From contig CAXXLL010000002.1 of NCBI GenBank assembly GCA_963662545.2, positions 1,504,001-1,568,000 on the forward strand: 64,000 bases of DNA. The letters are read 5' to 3'. Under the pieces are notes generated by a model. The model made no database searches and was not told the origin of the DNA. It was given only the letters and a program-made list of their open reading frames with translations. How positions within the stretch are numbered: the stretch's first letter is position 1; every line of letters begins with the position of its first letter. The DNA is from Gammaproteobacteria bacterium. Its GTDB lineage: Bacteria > Pseudomonadota > Gammaproteobacteria > Ga0077536. Shown piece by piece: positions 40,789-50,975 of this stretch. Position numbers and translations under genes: made by a program.

Positions 40789-42295
40789 GCGGGTTTCCTG
40801 CTTGATGCGGGGCGCGCCGTTCGCGCCACGGCATGGCTTGTTCGAGTTGGGCGGCGAGGCGGATCAACACGGCTTCCTCGTATATTTTCGCGGTAAACAT
40901 CATGCCCACGGGCAGTCCGTCTACGCTCCAGTGCAGCGGCAGTGAGATTGAGGGTTCACCTGTGAGGTTCGCGAGCGGCGTTGAGACGACAAAGCGAAAA
41001 CTGATTTCCGCAAGCTGTTCCAGCGCTTTGCCGAACTTGGCAATCGGTCCGAGCGGAATGACGCTCGATATTTTCGCGCGGACGTAATCTGTTCCAGTTG
41101 CCTTGAAAACGCCAAGCGGTGCCGGCGGCGTCGCCAGGGTCGGGGTTAGCAGGACGTCGAAGTCCTCCATGAAGCGGCCGATCGTGCGAACCTGTGTCTC
41201 GATGACTTGGTTGGCGATGGTCAGGTCGACGGCATTGAAGCTGCGACCGAGATTGGCAAGAACGCGGGTTTCCAATTCGAAATCACGGGCTGTTGGATTA
41301 CGCCCAAGTTTGGCCTTTGCGCTGGCGATCTCGGCGCCGGTACAGGCTGCAACTCGCAGGAGGAAGGCGCTCGCCAAGGACATTTTATCGATCGGGGGGA
41401 CTGCTTCGGTAACCTCATGGCCGAGCTTTTCCAGGGCGGCGCAGGTGGCATCGAGACCGGTGAGGCATTCCGCATGGATCGGCGCCTCACACAGCAGCGC
41501 TTCGTGGCAGACCGCAATGTGCAACCGTCCGGTGTCACGGCTCGTTTCGTCAAGAAAGGGCCCGGGCGCAGGCGGTGCCGAGTACAGATTGCCGGGATCT
41601 CCGCCAGTGGTCGCATCGAGCATCGCTGCGGTATCGCGTACGGTGCGCGTGATCACGCCTTGTTGAACCTGGCCGTACCAGCCCTCTCCCATAATCGGTC
41701 CCGCCGGATTTCGTCCGCGCGAGGGTTTCAAACCAACTAGCCCATTGCAGGACGCCGGTATGCGAATCGATCCGCCGCCGTCACTCGCACCCGCCATCGG
41801 CACGACGCCGGCTGCAATCGCCGCGCCGGCGCCGCCGCTGGATCCTCCGGACGTGCGAGTCAGGTCCCAGGGGTTTAGAGTCGGGCCGAACAGTTCAGGC
41901 TCGGTCGTGCCGACGAGGCCTAGTTCGGGCGTATTGGTCTTGCCGAACGCGACCAGTCCCGCGCGGCGAAAGCGGGTGACGATTTCCGCATCATAATCGG
42001 GCACGTAGTCCTTGAAATAACGCGAACCGGTGCGCATGGGAACCCCGGCCCAGGCCTGGCCCAGGTCCTTCAATAGAAACGGCACGCCGGTAAAAGCACC
42101 GGTGGGCAAGTCGGTCGCCACGGCGTCCCTAGCCAGGTCGTACATATCGTGGATGACCGCGTTGATTTCGGGATTGATGCTTTCGCATCGTGCGATAGCC
42201 TCCTCCAGTAATTCGGCCGGCGATACCGCGCCGCTGTGCACGAGTTCGGCGAGGCCGAGCGCATCGTGGTCGTCGTATTCCTTGAATCCGCTCAT
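40781..42295 (-). CDS. Amidase (amidase-signature family)
   Basis: [26 protein letters not shown]. Confidence 0.95.
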   Translation of the reverse strand: MSGFKEYDDHDALGLAELVHSGAVSPAELLEEAIARCESINPEINAVIHDMYDLARDAVATDLPTGAFTGVPFLLKDLGQAWAGVPMRTGSRYFKDYVPDYDAEIVTRFRRAGLVAFGKTNTPELGLVGTTEPELFGPTLNPWDLTRTSGGSSGGAGAAIAAGVVPMAGASDGGGSIRIPASCNGLVGLKPSRGRNPAGPIMGEGWYGQVQQGVITRTVRDTAAMLDATTGGDPGNLYSAPPAPGPFLDETSRDTGRLHIAVCHEALLCEAPIHAECLTGLDATCAALEKLGHEVTEAVPPIDKMSLASAFLLRVAACTGAEIASAKAKLGRNPTARDFELETRVLANLGRSFNAVDLTIANQVIETQVRTIGRFMEDFDVLLTPTLATPPAPLGVFKATGTDYVRAKISSVIPLGPIAKFGKALEQLAEISFRFVVSTPLANLTGEPSISLPLHWSVDGLPVGMMFTAKIYEEAVLIRLAAQLEQAMPWRERRAPHQAGNPHA

Positions 42296-42521
42296 GATGC
42301 AGTGGAAAGGCGCATAGTCCGCACAGGCTTGCTCGTTGGCAGGGCCGCCTAATTTCCCACCAATCCGACACTAAAGAAAGCGCGGTGAAGGCCAATCCTA
42401 CTCGCCGATGCGCCTATGTGCTAGATTCCGCGCTAACCGGAATCGCGGTGGGCGCCGTGTCGCGGGCAGCCGCGGAAAGAATTCAGTTTGGACAGCATAG
42501 ACAACGTTAGAGGTCAGCAAC

Positions 42522-42953
42522 ATGAATGCAGCAGTTTTGGAAGAACGCGGTGTGCAAGTCGCCAAGGGGATGGCCAGCGTGCAGGATTGGCTCAAGTGCA
42601 CCGATGAAATTTCCATGAAGGTTTTGTCGGTCGATGAAGCGCGGCACTCCGTTGAATTCCTGTTCAAGATCGCGGCCGGCTACACGTCGCTCCGGCACAA
42701 GCATACCTGCGAGACGCATGTGTTGGTGATACAGGGCAAGGTCGTCAATAAAACGACCGGGTGCACCTTCGGCCCGGGCGATTACTGCTACCAGGGCTAT
42801 AACGATGAGCACGTCGAGGAATTTCCGGAAGAAACCATCGTCTATGGCAGCTACCGCGGCGATAGCGAGAAGCTCGTTGAGTTCTACGACGAGAAAGGTG
42901 AAGTTTGCGGCGAGTTCAAGGTTTTGGATTTTGCCGCGGGTCTTGCAAAGTAG
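42522..42953 (+). CDS. Cupin-fold protein
   Basis: HKHTCETHVLVIQG...GPGDY...EHVE. Confidence 0.75.
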   Translation: MNAAVLEERGVQVAKGMASVQDWLKCTDEISMKVLSVDEARHSVEFLFKIAAGYTSLRHKHTCETHVLVIQGKVVNKTTGCTFGPGDYCYQGYNDEHVEEFPEETIVYGSYRGDSEKLVEFYDEKGEVCGEFKVLDFAAGLAK

Positions 42954-43064
42954 CCGGAAACTTCTTTCTCCGGTAAGACGATTCTTGACACCCTAGTCCG
43001 GCCGTTTGTTTCAGCCCGCTTGCGCGCGAGCTTGCTGCGCATACATGCTCGGCCGATCACCAAA

Positions 43065-43823
43065 TCAGCCCATACGTTCCGGAGCTTTAACGATTCCAGG
43101 CCACAATTCAGGGTCGTGGCCGTAGACGATCTGCGCACCACGGCTTTGGAGTGCACGGATTTTGTGCAGTGAGGCGATAGCGTCCTCGCGATCGAACAGG
43201 ACGCCAGGCATGTGCAATTCCTCCAAAGTACGCCGCAGGTAACAGGCGTCTCCCGTCAGAACGAATTCGCCCCGTTCGGTTCGCACCCGCAGCGACTGAT
43301 GGCCCGGTGTGTGACCGTATGTGGGCAGACAAACCACGCTGTTATCGCCGAAGATATCGAATTCGCCCTGGATTTTTTTAATGTCCTGTCCGGTCTGGTA
43401 ATCGCCCGTGTAATAACCGAGATCGGGTTCGGATTTCGTCGCCCACTCCCATTCCTTCTTCTGAATTACCACCGGTGCGTCGGTGATCTTGCAATTGCCG
43501 CCACAGTGATCGAAATGCAGGTGGGAGTTGACCAGGTGCGAGACATCGGAGACACCCACGTCGATCGATTCCAGACAGGCCTCGATCGCTTCGTCTCCGC
43601 GGTAATGTACTTCGACCATGGCATTCAGGTCTTCGCCGAAATAGCCGAGCGGATCCGTTCGCAGCTTATCGTGCAGGCCCGAATCGAAAAGGACATTACC
43701 TTTGGGGTGTTTAATTAGGAACGCGGGGACGGGAACCGTCATCGCGCCCTCTTCCCCCTCGAGAAAAGTTCCGGCCGGCATGCTTAGCTGGCCGCAATCG
43801 AACGCGTACAATTCAACCGTCAT
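43065..43823 (-). CDS. N-acyl-homoserine lactonase (AiiA-like) MBL-fold protein
   Basis: SHLHFDHCG, GHTPGHQS, LTGDA, GHD. Confidence 0.88.
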   Translation of the reverse strand: MTVELYAFDCGQLSMPAGTFLEGEEGAMTVPVPAFLIKHPKGNVLFDSGLHDKLRTDPLGYFGEDLNAMVEVHYRGDEAIEACLESIDVGVSDVSHLVNSHLHFDHCGGNCKITDAPVVIQKKEWEWATKSEPDLGYYTGDYQTGQDIKKIQGEFDIFGDNSVVCLPTYGHTPGHQSLRVRTERGEFVLTGDACYLRRTLEELHMPGVLFDREDAIASLHKIRALQSRGAQIVYGHDPELWPGIVKAPERMG

Positions 43824-43936
43824 GTTCTCGTCCTCCGGCTCCGGATCGTGATATCCAACGGGGATATTATCGCCGCAGGACACCTCGGTGCACCTATAAT
43901 GCGGCCCCCGCTTAAGGATATGCAAAGGAGGTCTTC

Positions 43937-44800
43937 ATGCCGGCAGTGGTGCTGGACGGCAAGGCGCTTGCCGCCGCCAGCGAAGCGGCACTGGCCGCGC
44001 GCGTTGAAGCCCTGAAGGCGCAGCTCCGGGGCCGTGTTCCGATCCTTGCGACGATACTCGTGGGCGCCGATCCTGCATCGGCGACCTACGTCAAAATGAA
44101 AGGCAATGCCTGCAAACGCATCGGCATGGATGCGCTGAAGATCGAACTCGACAAGGACACGACGACGGCGCAGTTGTTTGATGAGATCGACCGCTTAAAC
44201 GCTAATGACGACGTGCACGGGATCCTGTTGCAGCATCCGACTCCCGCGCAAATAGACGAGCGGGCATGTTTCGATCGCATCGTGCTCGAAAAAGACGTCG
44301 ACGGGGTAACGGCGCTGGGTTTCGGCCGCATGGCAATGGAGGAAGCGGCCTATGGTTCCGCGACCGCGGCCGGTATTATGCACCTGCTGCGGCATTACGA
44401 TATCGAGCTTGAAGGACGCTTTGCGGTCGTCGTCGGACGCAGCCCAATCCTTGGCAAGCCGTTGGCAATGATGCTTTTGAACGCCAACGCAACGGTGCTC
44501 CAGTGTCATTCGCGAACGCAGGGTCTGGCCGGGCTCGTCCAGCAGGCAGACGTCGTAGTCGGCGCCGTCGGCAAACCGGAATTTATTAGAGGGACATGGA
44601 TTAAGGATGGCGCCGTGGTTATCGACGCCGGTTATCATCCGGGCGGTGTTGGCGACGTTGAGATCAGCGCCATCACCAAACGCCTTGCTGCCTATACGCC
44701 GGTACCCGGCGGCGTGGGCCCGATGACGATCAGTACGCTAATTTCACAGACGGTAGAATCGGCGGAAAAGCATTGTGGACTCTCGTCGACAAGATTTTAG
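43937..44800 (+). CDS. folD: Bifunctional methylenetetrahydrofolate dehydrogenase/cyclohydrolase
   Basis: [30 protein letters not shown]. Confidence 0.96.
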   Translation: MPAVVLDGKALAAASEAALAARVEALKAQLRGRVPILATILVGADPASATYVKMKGNACKRIGMDALKIELDKDTTTAQLFDEIDRLNANDDVHGILLQHPTPAQIDERACFDRIVLEKDVDGVTALGFGRMAMEEAAYGSATAAGIMHLLRHYDIELEGRFAVVVGRSPILGKPLAMMLLNANATVLQCHSRTQGLAGLVQQADVVVGAVGKPEFIRGTWIKDGAVVIDAGYHPGGVGDVEISAITKRLAAYTPVPGGVGPMTISTLISQTVESAEKHCGLSSTRF

Positions 44801-44849
44801 GGATTGAATGGAGTTTTAGCGATAAAGCCTTCGGCATATACTCACGCTG

Positions 44850-46064
44850 ATGACGAATGAACACCTTCTTACCGGATTTCGAGTTCTCGACCTGACGCGG
44901 GCACTTGCCGGCCCCACCTGCACCCGGATGTTCGCCGAGTTGGGTGCGGATGTGATCAAGGTCGAAGCCGCGCCGGACGGGGACATGGTGCGGACGATGT
45001 CGAAGATTCGCAACGAACGCAGTCTCTATCTCATCCAGCAGAATCTGAACAAGAAAAGCTTGTGCCTCGATTTTCGCAGGCCTGAGGGCATGGCGCTCAT
45101 TCGAGAGCTGGTACCCCACTGTGATGTCGTCGTCGAGAATTACAGGCCCGGCGTCATGGCGAAGATGGGCCTGGCTTACGACGATCTCCGTGAATTACGG
45201 GACGACATTATCCTCTGCTCGATTTCGGCGCTCGGCCAGACCGGGCCATTATCGGGGAAGCCGGGCTATGACTATATCGCCCAGGCTTATTCGGGCGTGA
45301 CCTCGATGATTGGAGAGTCAGACGATGCACCCTATATCCCATTGATAGCGGTGGGCGATATCAGTACCGGAGTCACTGCTGCCTTCGGCATTGCGGCAGC
45401 ATTATTGAACCGTTCCCGCACGGGTGAAGGACAACATCTCGATATCGCGTTGTTAGACTGCTATTACCATTACCATGAAGTCAACGTTCACCAATACAGC
45501 GGCAGCAACGGTGAGACAAAACCGATGCGTTGCGGCCGGCATCTCACCTACGTCTGTCCCGCCGGCGTGTTCAAGGCAACGAATGGACACATCATTCTGA
45601 TCGCCTTCCTGCATCATTGGGCAGACCTGTGTACGGCCATGGGGCGTCCGGAACTCGTCGAGGAAGAGGCGTTTGCGACCGACGCGGCGAGACTCGAGCG
45701 GGTGAGCGAGGTCGTGGCCTTGATCGAGGCATGGCTGGCGACCTTTCCTGACGTCGACTCGGCAATCGAGCTGCTCGAATCACACGGTATCCCATGCGCG
45801 CCGATTTTGAGCGTCGAAGAAACGGTGACCCACCCGCATTTCGTCGCGCGCGGCACGGTACGAACGATCAAGGACCCGATCGCCGGGGAGTTTCAGATCC
45901 CCGGAATGCCGGTAAAAACCTCGGGATATCCGGCGGAAAATGACTACGTCGCACCCTGCCTGGGTGAGCATAACGGGGAAGTTCTGAAGGGGATCCTCGG
46001 CAAAAGCGATGCAGACGTCGAAGCCTTGACCAAGGCGGGCGTGCTCCACGCCGGAGACGTTTGA
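44850..46064 (+). CDS. Family III CoA-transferase (CaiB/BaiF)
   Basis: RVLDLTRALAGP, LGADVIKVE, ENYRPG, PGYD, LGEHN. Confidence 0.93.
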   Translation: MTNEHLLTGFRVLDLTRALAGPTCTRMFAELGADVIKVEAAPDGDMVRTMSKIRNERSLYLIQQNLNKKSLCLDFRRPEGMALIRELVPHCDVVVENYRPGVMAKMGLAYDDLRELRDDIILCSISALGQTGPLSGKPGYDYIAQAYSGVTSMIGESDDAPYIPLIAVGDISTGVTAAFGIAAALLNRSRTGEGQHLDIALLDCYYHYHEVNVHQYSGSNGETKPMRCGRHLTYVCPAGVFKATNGHIILIAFLHHWADLCTAMGRPELVEEEAFATDAARLERVSEVVALIEAWLATFPDVDSAIELLESHGIPCAPILSVEETVTHPHFVARGTVRTIKDPIAGEFQIPGMPVKTSGYPAENDYVAPCLGEHNGEVLKGILGKSDADVEALTKAGVLHAGDV

Positions 46065-46098
46065 TCGTCCGCTAAGCCGTGGGCACCGACGCGAACCT

Positions 46099-46611
46099 AT
46101 GCCTCATCGAGAAGTGACGTCCGTCGCAGAGCTCAAAGCATCCGCGCGCCATCTGGCCAAGGGCAACCTGTTCGAGGATTTCTCGGTCGGTCAGGTGTTC
46201 GAACATCATTGGGGACGTACGCTCACCCAGGCTGAGAACGCCTTGTTTTCGAGCTTGACTTTGCATTTCAATCCCCATTATTTCAACGTGCAGTATGCCG
46301 CCGAGCATGGTCATCCGGGCACTGTCCTGAACCCGCTGTTGATCTTCAATACGGTGTTCGGTTTGAGTGTCGAAGACCTGAGTGAGGCGGGCATGGGCCC
46401 CTTTCTGGGTGTCGACGAACTGAGCTTTCACATGCCCGCTCATGCGGGCGATACGCTCAGCGCGCGAAGCATGGTGGTGGACAAACGCGATTCGAGCAAA
46501 CGGCCGGAGTTCGGTATCGTGACCTGGCATACCGAAGGCTTCGACCAGCATGGCGATCGCTTGATCGACTTCAAACGTACGAATCTCGTTGGCCGGCGGC
46601 ACAAGGGCTGA
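46099..46611 (+). CDS. MaoC-family (R)-specific enoyl-CoA hydratase
   Basis: FEDFSVGQVFEHHWGRT, SVEDLSE, GDTL, RPEFGIVTW. Confidence 0.88.
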   Translation: MPHREVTSVAELKASARHLAKGNLFEDFSVGQVFEHHWGRTLTQAENALFSSLTLHFNPHYFNVQYAAEHGHPGTVLNPLLIFNTVFGLSVEDLSEAGMGPFLGVDELSFHMPAHAGDTLSARSMVVDKRDSSKRPEFGIVTWHTEGFDQHGDRLIDFKRTNLVGRRHKG

Positions 46612-46616
46612 ACTCG

Positions 46617-47801
46617 ATGGACCAGGCGACGATGATAAGCGGATATTTCACCGAAGAGCGCCGTATGATCCGCGACACCGCGCGCGCGTTCACGCTCGCC
46701 GAAGTGCTGCCGGTCGCGAACGAACTCGATCCGGTGAAGGGAGAAATACCGGCTTCGCTTCGGCGCAAACTCGCCGACATGGGGTATTTCGGCATTCGAA
46801 TTCCAGAGTGCTATGGCGGCAGCGGACTCGGTTGCTTCGAATATTGTCTCGTCGCAGAGCAGCTTGCGCGCGGCTGGATGAGCGTCGCGAGCATCATCGC
46901 GCGCGGTAACGGCACCTTGACCATCGACCTCCTGTCCGACAAGCAAAAGGCGATGATCCTGCCGCGCGTTGTCGAGGGTGAGTACCTCGCCGCGATATCC
47001 TTGTCGGAACCCGATACGGGATCCGATCTCGCATCGATTTCCTGCCGCGCCGAGCGCGACGGTGACACCTGGGTCATTACCGGCAGCAAATACTGGTGCA
47101 CGTTCGCCGACGGCGCCGATTACATCCTCCTGTTTGCGCGCACCTCGCCGCGGCCGGACGAAAACAAGCGGCACCTCGGCATCAGCGCTTTCATCATCGA
47201 CAAGCAGCGCGGAGCGCTCCCGGAGGGAATCCACGGCAGTGAAATTCCCAAGATCGGCTATTTCGGTTGGAAAACCTGGGAACTGGCGTTCGACGGCTTC
47301 CGTGTACCGGCGGATGCCTTGATCGGAGAGGAAGGCCGGGCTTTCTACGCCCTGGCCAAAGGGCTGGATGAAGCGCGTGCCCATACCGCCGCGCGATCCA
47401 TCGGGTTGGCGCAGGGCGCGCTGGAGGATGCGCTGGCCTATGCGCAGGAGCGCCAGCAGTTCGGCCGGCCGATCGCCGAATTCCAGGATTTGCGTTTCAA
47501 GCTCGCGCGCATGGCGACCGACATCGAAGCGGCGCGCCAATTGCTTTATTTCGTCTGCGACAAAATAGACGGCGGCGAGCGTTGCGACAAGGAAGCCTCG
47601 ATGGTCAAGTATTTCGCCAGTGAAATGTCAGAACGCGTGACGAGCGACGCGCTTCAGATCCTGGGCGGTGCCGGCTATACGAAACTCTACGCCGTCGAAC
47701 GGCACTGGCGCGACGCACGGCTCACCAAGATCTTCGAGGGTACCTCGGAGATTCAATTACGGATCATCTCCGATCAACTGCTGGGGAAGAGCGGGCGGTA
47801 A
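46617..47801 (+). CDS. Acyl-CoA dehydrogenase
   Basis: LSEPDTGSD, GSKYW, QILGGAGY, IFEGTSEIQ. Confidence 0.94.
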   Translation: MDQATMISGYFTEERRMIRDTARAFTLAEVLPVANELDPVKGEIPASLRRKLADMGYFGIRIPECYGGSGLGCFEYCLVAEQLARGWMSVASIIARGNGTLTIDLLSDKQKAMILPRVVEGEYLAAISLSEPDTGSDLASISCRAERDGDTWVITGSKYWCTFADGADYILLFARTSPRPDENKRHLGISAFIIDKQRGALPEGIHGSEIPKIGYFGWKTWELAFDGFRVPADALIGEEGRAFYALAKGLDEARAHTAARSIGLAQGALEDALAYAQERQQFGRPIAEFQDLRFKLARMATDIEAARQLLYFVCDKIDGGERCDKEASMVKYFASEMSERVTSDALQILGGAGYTKLYAVERHWRDARLTKIFEGTSEIQLRIISDQLLGKSGR

Positions 47802-47810
47802 GGCGATTTC

Positions 47811-48278
47811 GTGCACGTCCCGCGAACATTATATTTCGAGGACTTCAAACCGGGTGAAACGCTGCGCCACCATCGCGGTAAGACGCTCACGGAAATGGAC
47901 CAGGTTTTGATCACGAATCTAGTCATGAATACCGCGGCCGGTCATTTCGACGAAGAACTGATGAAGGATCATATGTTCGGGCAACGCGTCGCGTTCGGCG
48001 GCGTCACGATCGCGCTGGTTATCGGCCTCACAGCGCAGGACACGGCTGAAAATGCCCTCGCCGAACTTTCCCTGGACAAGATTCGCCTCACCCAGCCGGT
48101 ATTTCACGGCGACACCTTGTATGCCTACACGAGGGTGCTCGGCAAAGAAGAAGCCGATCGTGAAGATGCGGGCATCGTCGAGTTTCATCATTGGGGCGTG
48201 AACCAGGACGACAAAATAGTCTTCGAAGGGGATCGCCGCGTGTTGATCAAAAGGCGCAGCCACTGGACAAAAAAATGA
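47811..48278 (+). CDS. MaoC-family hydratase
   Basis: LYFEDFKPGETLRHHRGKT, QDTAEN, PVFHGDTLYA. Confidence 0.88.
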   Translation: MHVPRTLYFEDFKPGETLRHHRGKTLTEMDQVLITNLVMNTAAGHFDEELMKDHMFGQRVAFGGVTIALVIGLTAQDTAENALAELSLDKIRLTQPVFHGDTLYAYTRVLGKEEADREDAGIVEFHHWGVNQDDKIVFEGDRRVLIKRRSHWTKK

Positions 48279-49195
48279 CCGAACCTGTGACGCGACCCCT
48301 GCGTTTACGCCGCGCCGAGTTAGCAGTACCCGGCAGCAACGAGCACATGATGCAGAAAGCTTCTCAAATGGACGTCGATCACGTCTTCCTCGACCTCGAG
48401 GATGCGGTGGCTCCGGCGGAGAAAGTCGCCACTCGCCAAAAGATCGTCACCGCGTTGAACGAACTAGACTGGGGCCGTACGGTGCGCTGCGTTCGCATCA
48501 ACGACCTCGAGACGAATCTGGCCTATGAAGACGTCATCGAAGTCGTGGAAGGGGCGCAAGATAATCTCGATATCATCATCATCCCGAAGGTCAAATCCGC
48601 TTTCGACGTGCAGTGGGTCGCGTTGCTGCTGGATCAAATCGAGGGCAAGCTCGGCATGGCCAAACGGATTGGGCTCGAAGTACTCATCGAGGAAGTCGAG
48701 GCGATGGTGAACGTCGAGGCGATCGCCGGCGCTTCGGACCGCCTGGAAGCGCTCATTTACGGGGTTGGCGACTATTCGGCGTCGCAGGGAATCAATCCCG
48801 ACGTGTTCAAAGAATCCCATAATTATCCGGGCGATGTCTGGCATTACGGGCGTAACAAGATCAGTATCGCCGCGCGCATGCACGGCATCGACTTCATCGA
48901 CGGTCCTTATCCCAACATCAAGGACCCCGACGGATACCTGCGCGAGTGCGAGCGGGGTATGTTCCTGGGCGCAGTCGGCAAATGGGCCATCCATCCGTCG
49001 CAGGTCGAGCTGGCGCAAAAAGCATTCACCCCGGATCCGGAAATCGTCGAGCGTGCGCGCAAGATGAACGCGGCATATCTCAAGGCCGTGGAGAATGGAG
49101 AAGGCGCCGCCCAAGTCGACGGGTTCCTCGTCGACGCCGCCACCATGCGCCTTTATGGCAAGGTGTTGGAAATGGCCGACCGGATTGGCATTTAG
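48275..49195 (+). CDS. CitE / malyl-CoA lyase family CoA-ester lyase
   Basis: RRAELAVPGS, FLDLEDAVAP, VRIN, GKWAIHPSQ. Confidence 0.9.
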   Translation: MTEPVTRPLRLRRAELAVPGSNEHMMQKASQMDVDHVFLDLEDAVAPAEKVATRQKIVTALNELDWGRTVRCVRINDLETNLAYEDVIEVVEGAQDNLDIIIIPKVKSAFDVQWVALLLDQIEGKLGMAKRIGLEVLIEEVEAMVNVEAIAGASDRLEALIYGVGDYSASQGINPDVFKESHNYPGDVWHYGRNKISIAARMHGIDFIDGPYPNIKDPDGYLRECERGMFLGAVGKWAIHPSQVELAQKAFTPDPEIVERARKMNAAYLKAVENGEGAAQVDGFLVDAATMRLYGKVLEMADRIGI

Positions 49196-49197
49196 TC

Positions 49198-49260
49198 GGT
49201 ATTGTCACGTTAACTCCAACTCGACATGTCATTCACCGAGTTGCGGTGGTTTAGGAGCTC
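49198..49260 (+). mobile_element. Isolated IS6-type left end
   Basis: GGTATTGTCACGTTAACTCCAACTCGACATGTCAT..., nearly identical to 52908 onward. Confidence 0.65.
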
Positions 49261-49453
49261 GATCATGAGTGTCAGGTCTTGCCTTTTGCCGTGACGTGAG
49301 AAAAAGGCAAGGTAGACACCGAAGACATCGCGCGGACGGCCGTTTAGAAGCGATTCCGCGCCGTTCTCCGTGTTGGCATTGGCTCGCACGCGAGCTCCAG
49401 TATCAAGGAGCGCTGACCCATTAAATTCTCTTGAACAGATATCCATTCAAATA

Positions 49454-50190
49454 AATCTGTCCCCCTTGGTTCTCTTCCTCCGTACGGTCACAGGCGCGGA
49501 GCGCCTTTACAGTTGTTAACAATTATTGCGAATCCCCCCCACCGACCGATGTGCTACATTTGGGAGGTCAATATTTGATAGCTTCGCGGGGAGGAAATCT
49601 CGGTGTCAAAAGTTATTCGCAGTCCCCCGCTTCGACCTGTCTAAACCAAGTCGTCCGGAAGCCGGCATTTCGGTGGTAAGATCTCTCGAAGACGCTCCAG
49701 AAACCGCCGCGATCCTATTCGGGGCCGCAGGTGCTCAGGCAAGCCCGCTTGGAACCGATTATTTTCCGATCTTGGACCTGGCCGATCTCGGCGGAGTGCT
49801 GGAAAGCCATTTCGCGCCTGGTCCCATCATCTTCGACGGAGAATTCTCCTTCAATTCGTGGGGAGCCCAGAATCTGTCCCCCTTGGTTCTCTTCCTCCGG
49901 TCACAGGCGCGGAGCGCCTTTACAGTTGTTAACAATTATTGCGAATCCCCCCCACCGACCGATGTGCTACATTTGGGAGGTCAATATTTGATAGCTTCGC
50001 GGGGAGAAAATCTCGGTGTCAAAAGTTATTCGCACCCCGTTGGTTTTTCTATTTGCCGCGATCCTATTCGGGGCCGCAGGTGCTCAGGCAAGCCCGCTTG
50101 GAACCGATTATTTTCCGATCTTGGACCTGGCCGATCTCGGCGGAGTGCTGGAAAGCCATTTCGCGCCTGGTCCCATCATCTTCGACGGAG
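49454..50190 (+). repeat. Tandem duplication of promoter and 5' end of the VPLPA-CTERM gene
   Basis: 49454-49621 matches 49871-50034; 49706-49841 matches 50055-50190. Confidence 0.92.
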
Positions 50191-50729
50191 CCCCAACACC
50201 GATTCCTGAGATGTTTCCTGGACTCGGCTCGGGCGTGGTGCTCACGGAAATGGTGACCCCGGGACCGGGATTTGACGTCATCGAATTCTGGTGGGAAAAC
50301 ATGGTCCCGGGAGATCCCTTGTTTGATACACCGCTTGCCCCCGATCAGGCGATATTCACGATTTTCGACGGCTTATACTGGGGACCAGGCAGCCCGGGGG
50401 CGATTGTCACAGTTGTCGATGTCGTCCTGACGTTTACCGCCGGTGGAGCACCTCCACTTCACCTTACTGAACTGGATTACTTTCCTGGCGTATTCGGCTC
50501 CGGTACGGAAATTGACGCGATTATCGTGGATATAGATATCCCGGATATTGCGTCGTTGCTAGCCGGGTTAGAAATTTCTGACGACATAACCGATCTTCAC
50601 GTCACACTCCATGCGACACACGTTCCGTTGCCAGCCGGGTTGCCACTACTGGCGGCTGGGCTGTTTGCGGTTTTCCGATTTTCCGGCCGAAGACGCGCCC
50701 ACACGTTAAGGAGTCAGTACCCTTATTGA
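50016..50729 (+). CDS. Secreted protein with VPLPA-CTERM sorting signal
   Basis: Signal peptide ending AQA; C-terminus VPLPAGLPLLAAGLFAVFRFSGRRR. Confidence 0.85.
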   Translation: MSKVIRTPLVFLFAAILFGAAGAQASPLGTDYFPILDLADLGGVLESHFAPGPIIFDGAPTPIPEMFPGLGSGVVLTEMVTPGPGFDVIEFWWENMVPGDPLFDTPLAPDQAIFTIFDGLYWGPGSPGAIVTVVDVVLTFTAGGAPPLHLTELDYFPGVFGSGTEIDAIIVDIDIPDIASLLAGLEISDDITDLHVTLHATHVPLPAGLPLLAAGLFAVFRFSGRRRAHTLRSQYPY

Positions 50730-50975
50730 GCCCCTTGCATCCAGCGTAAAGGGTACTGGCCCCTTATTCTGGCGTCGGCGTGTTGAGTTGTAGATAGTGA
50801 AGACTTGACCCCTTAGCGTTCCTCCTTAGCGCATTTTCTTGACCTGCAAACCCAAGGAGTCGCCCGGCCAGGCCGAGCGAGTTGCCGCCTAGCGTTCCAG
50901 CATTGGATCGGAGCGGCGAGTGCGGATATTTTCGGCCAAAGCCCCGCTTCAATCCACCTCCACCGCAACGACTTC

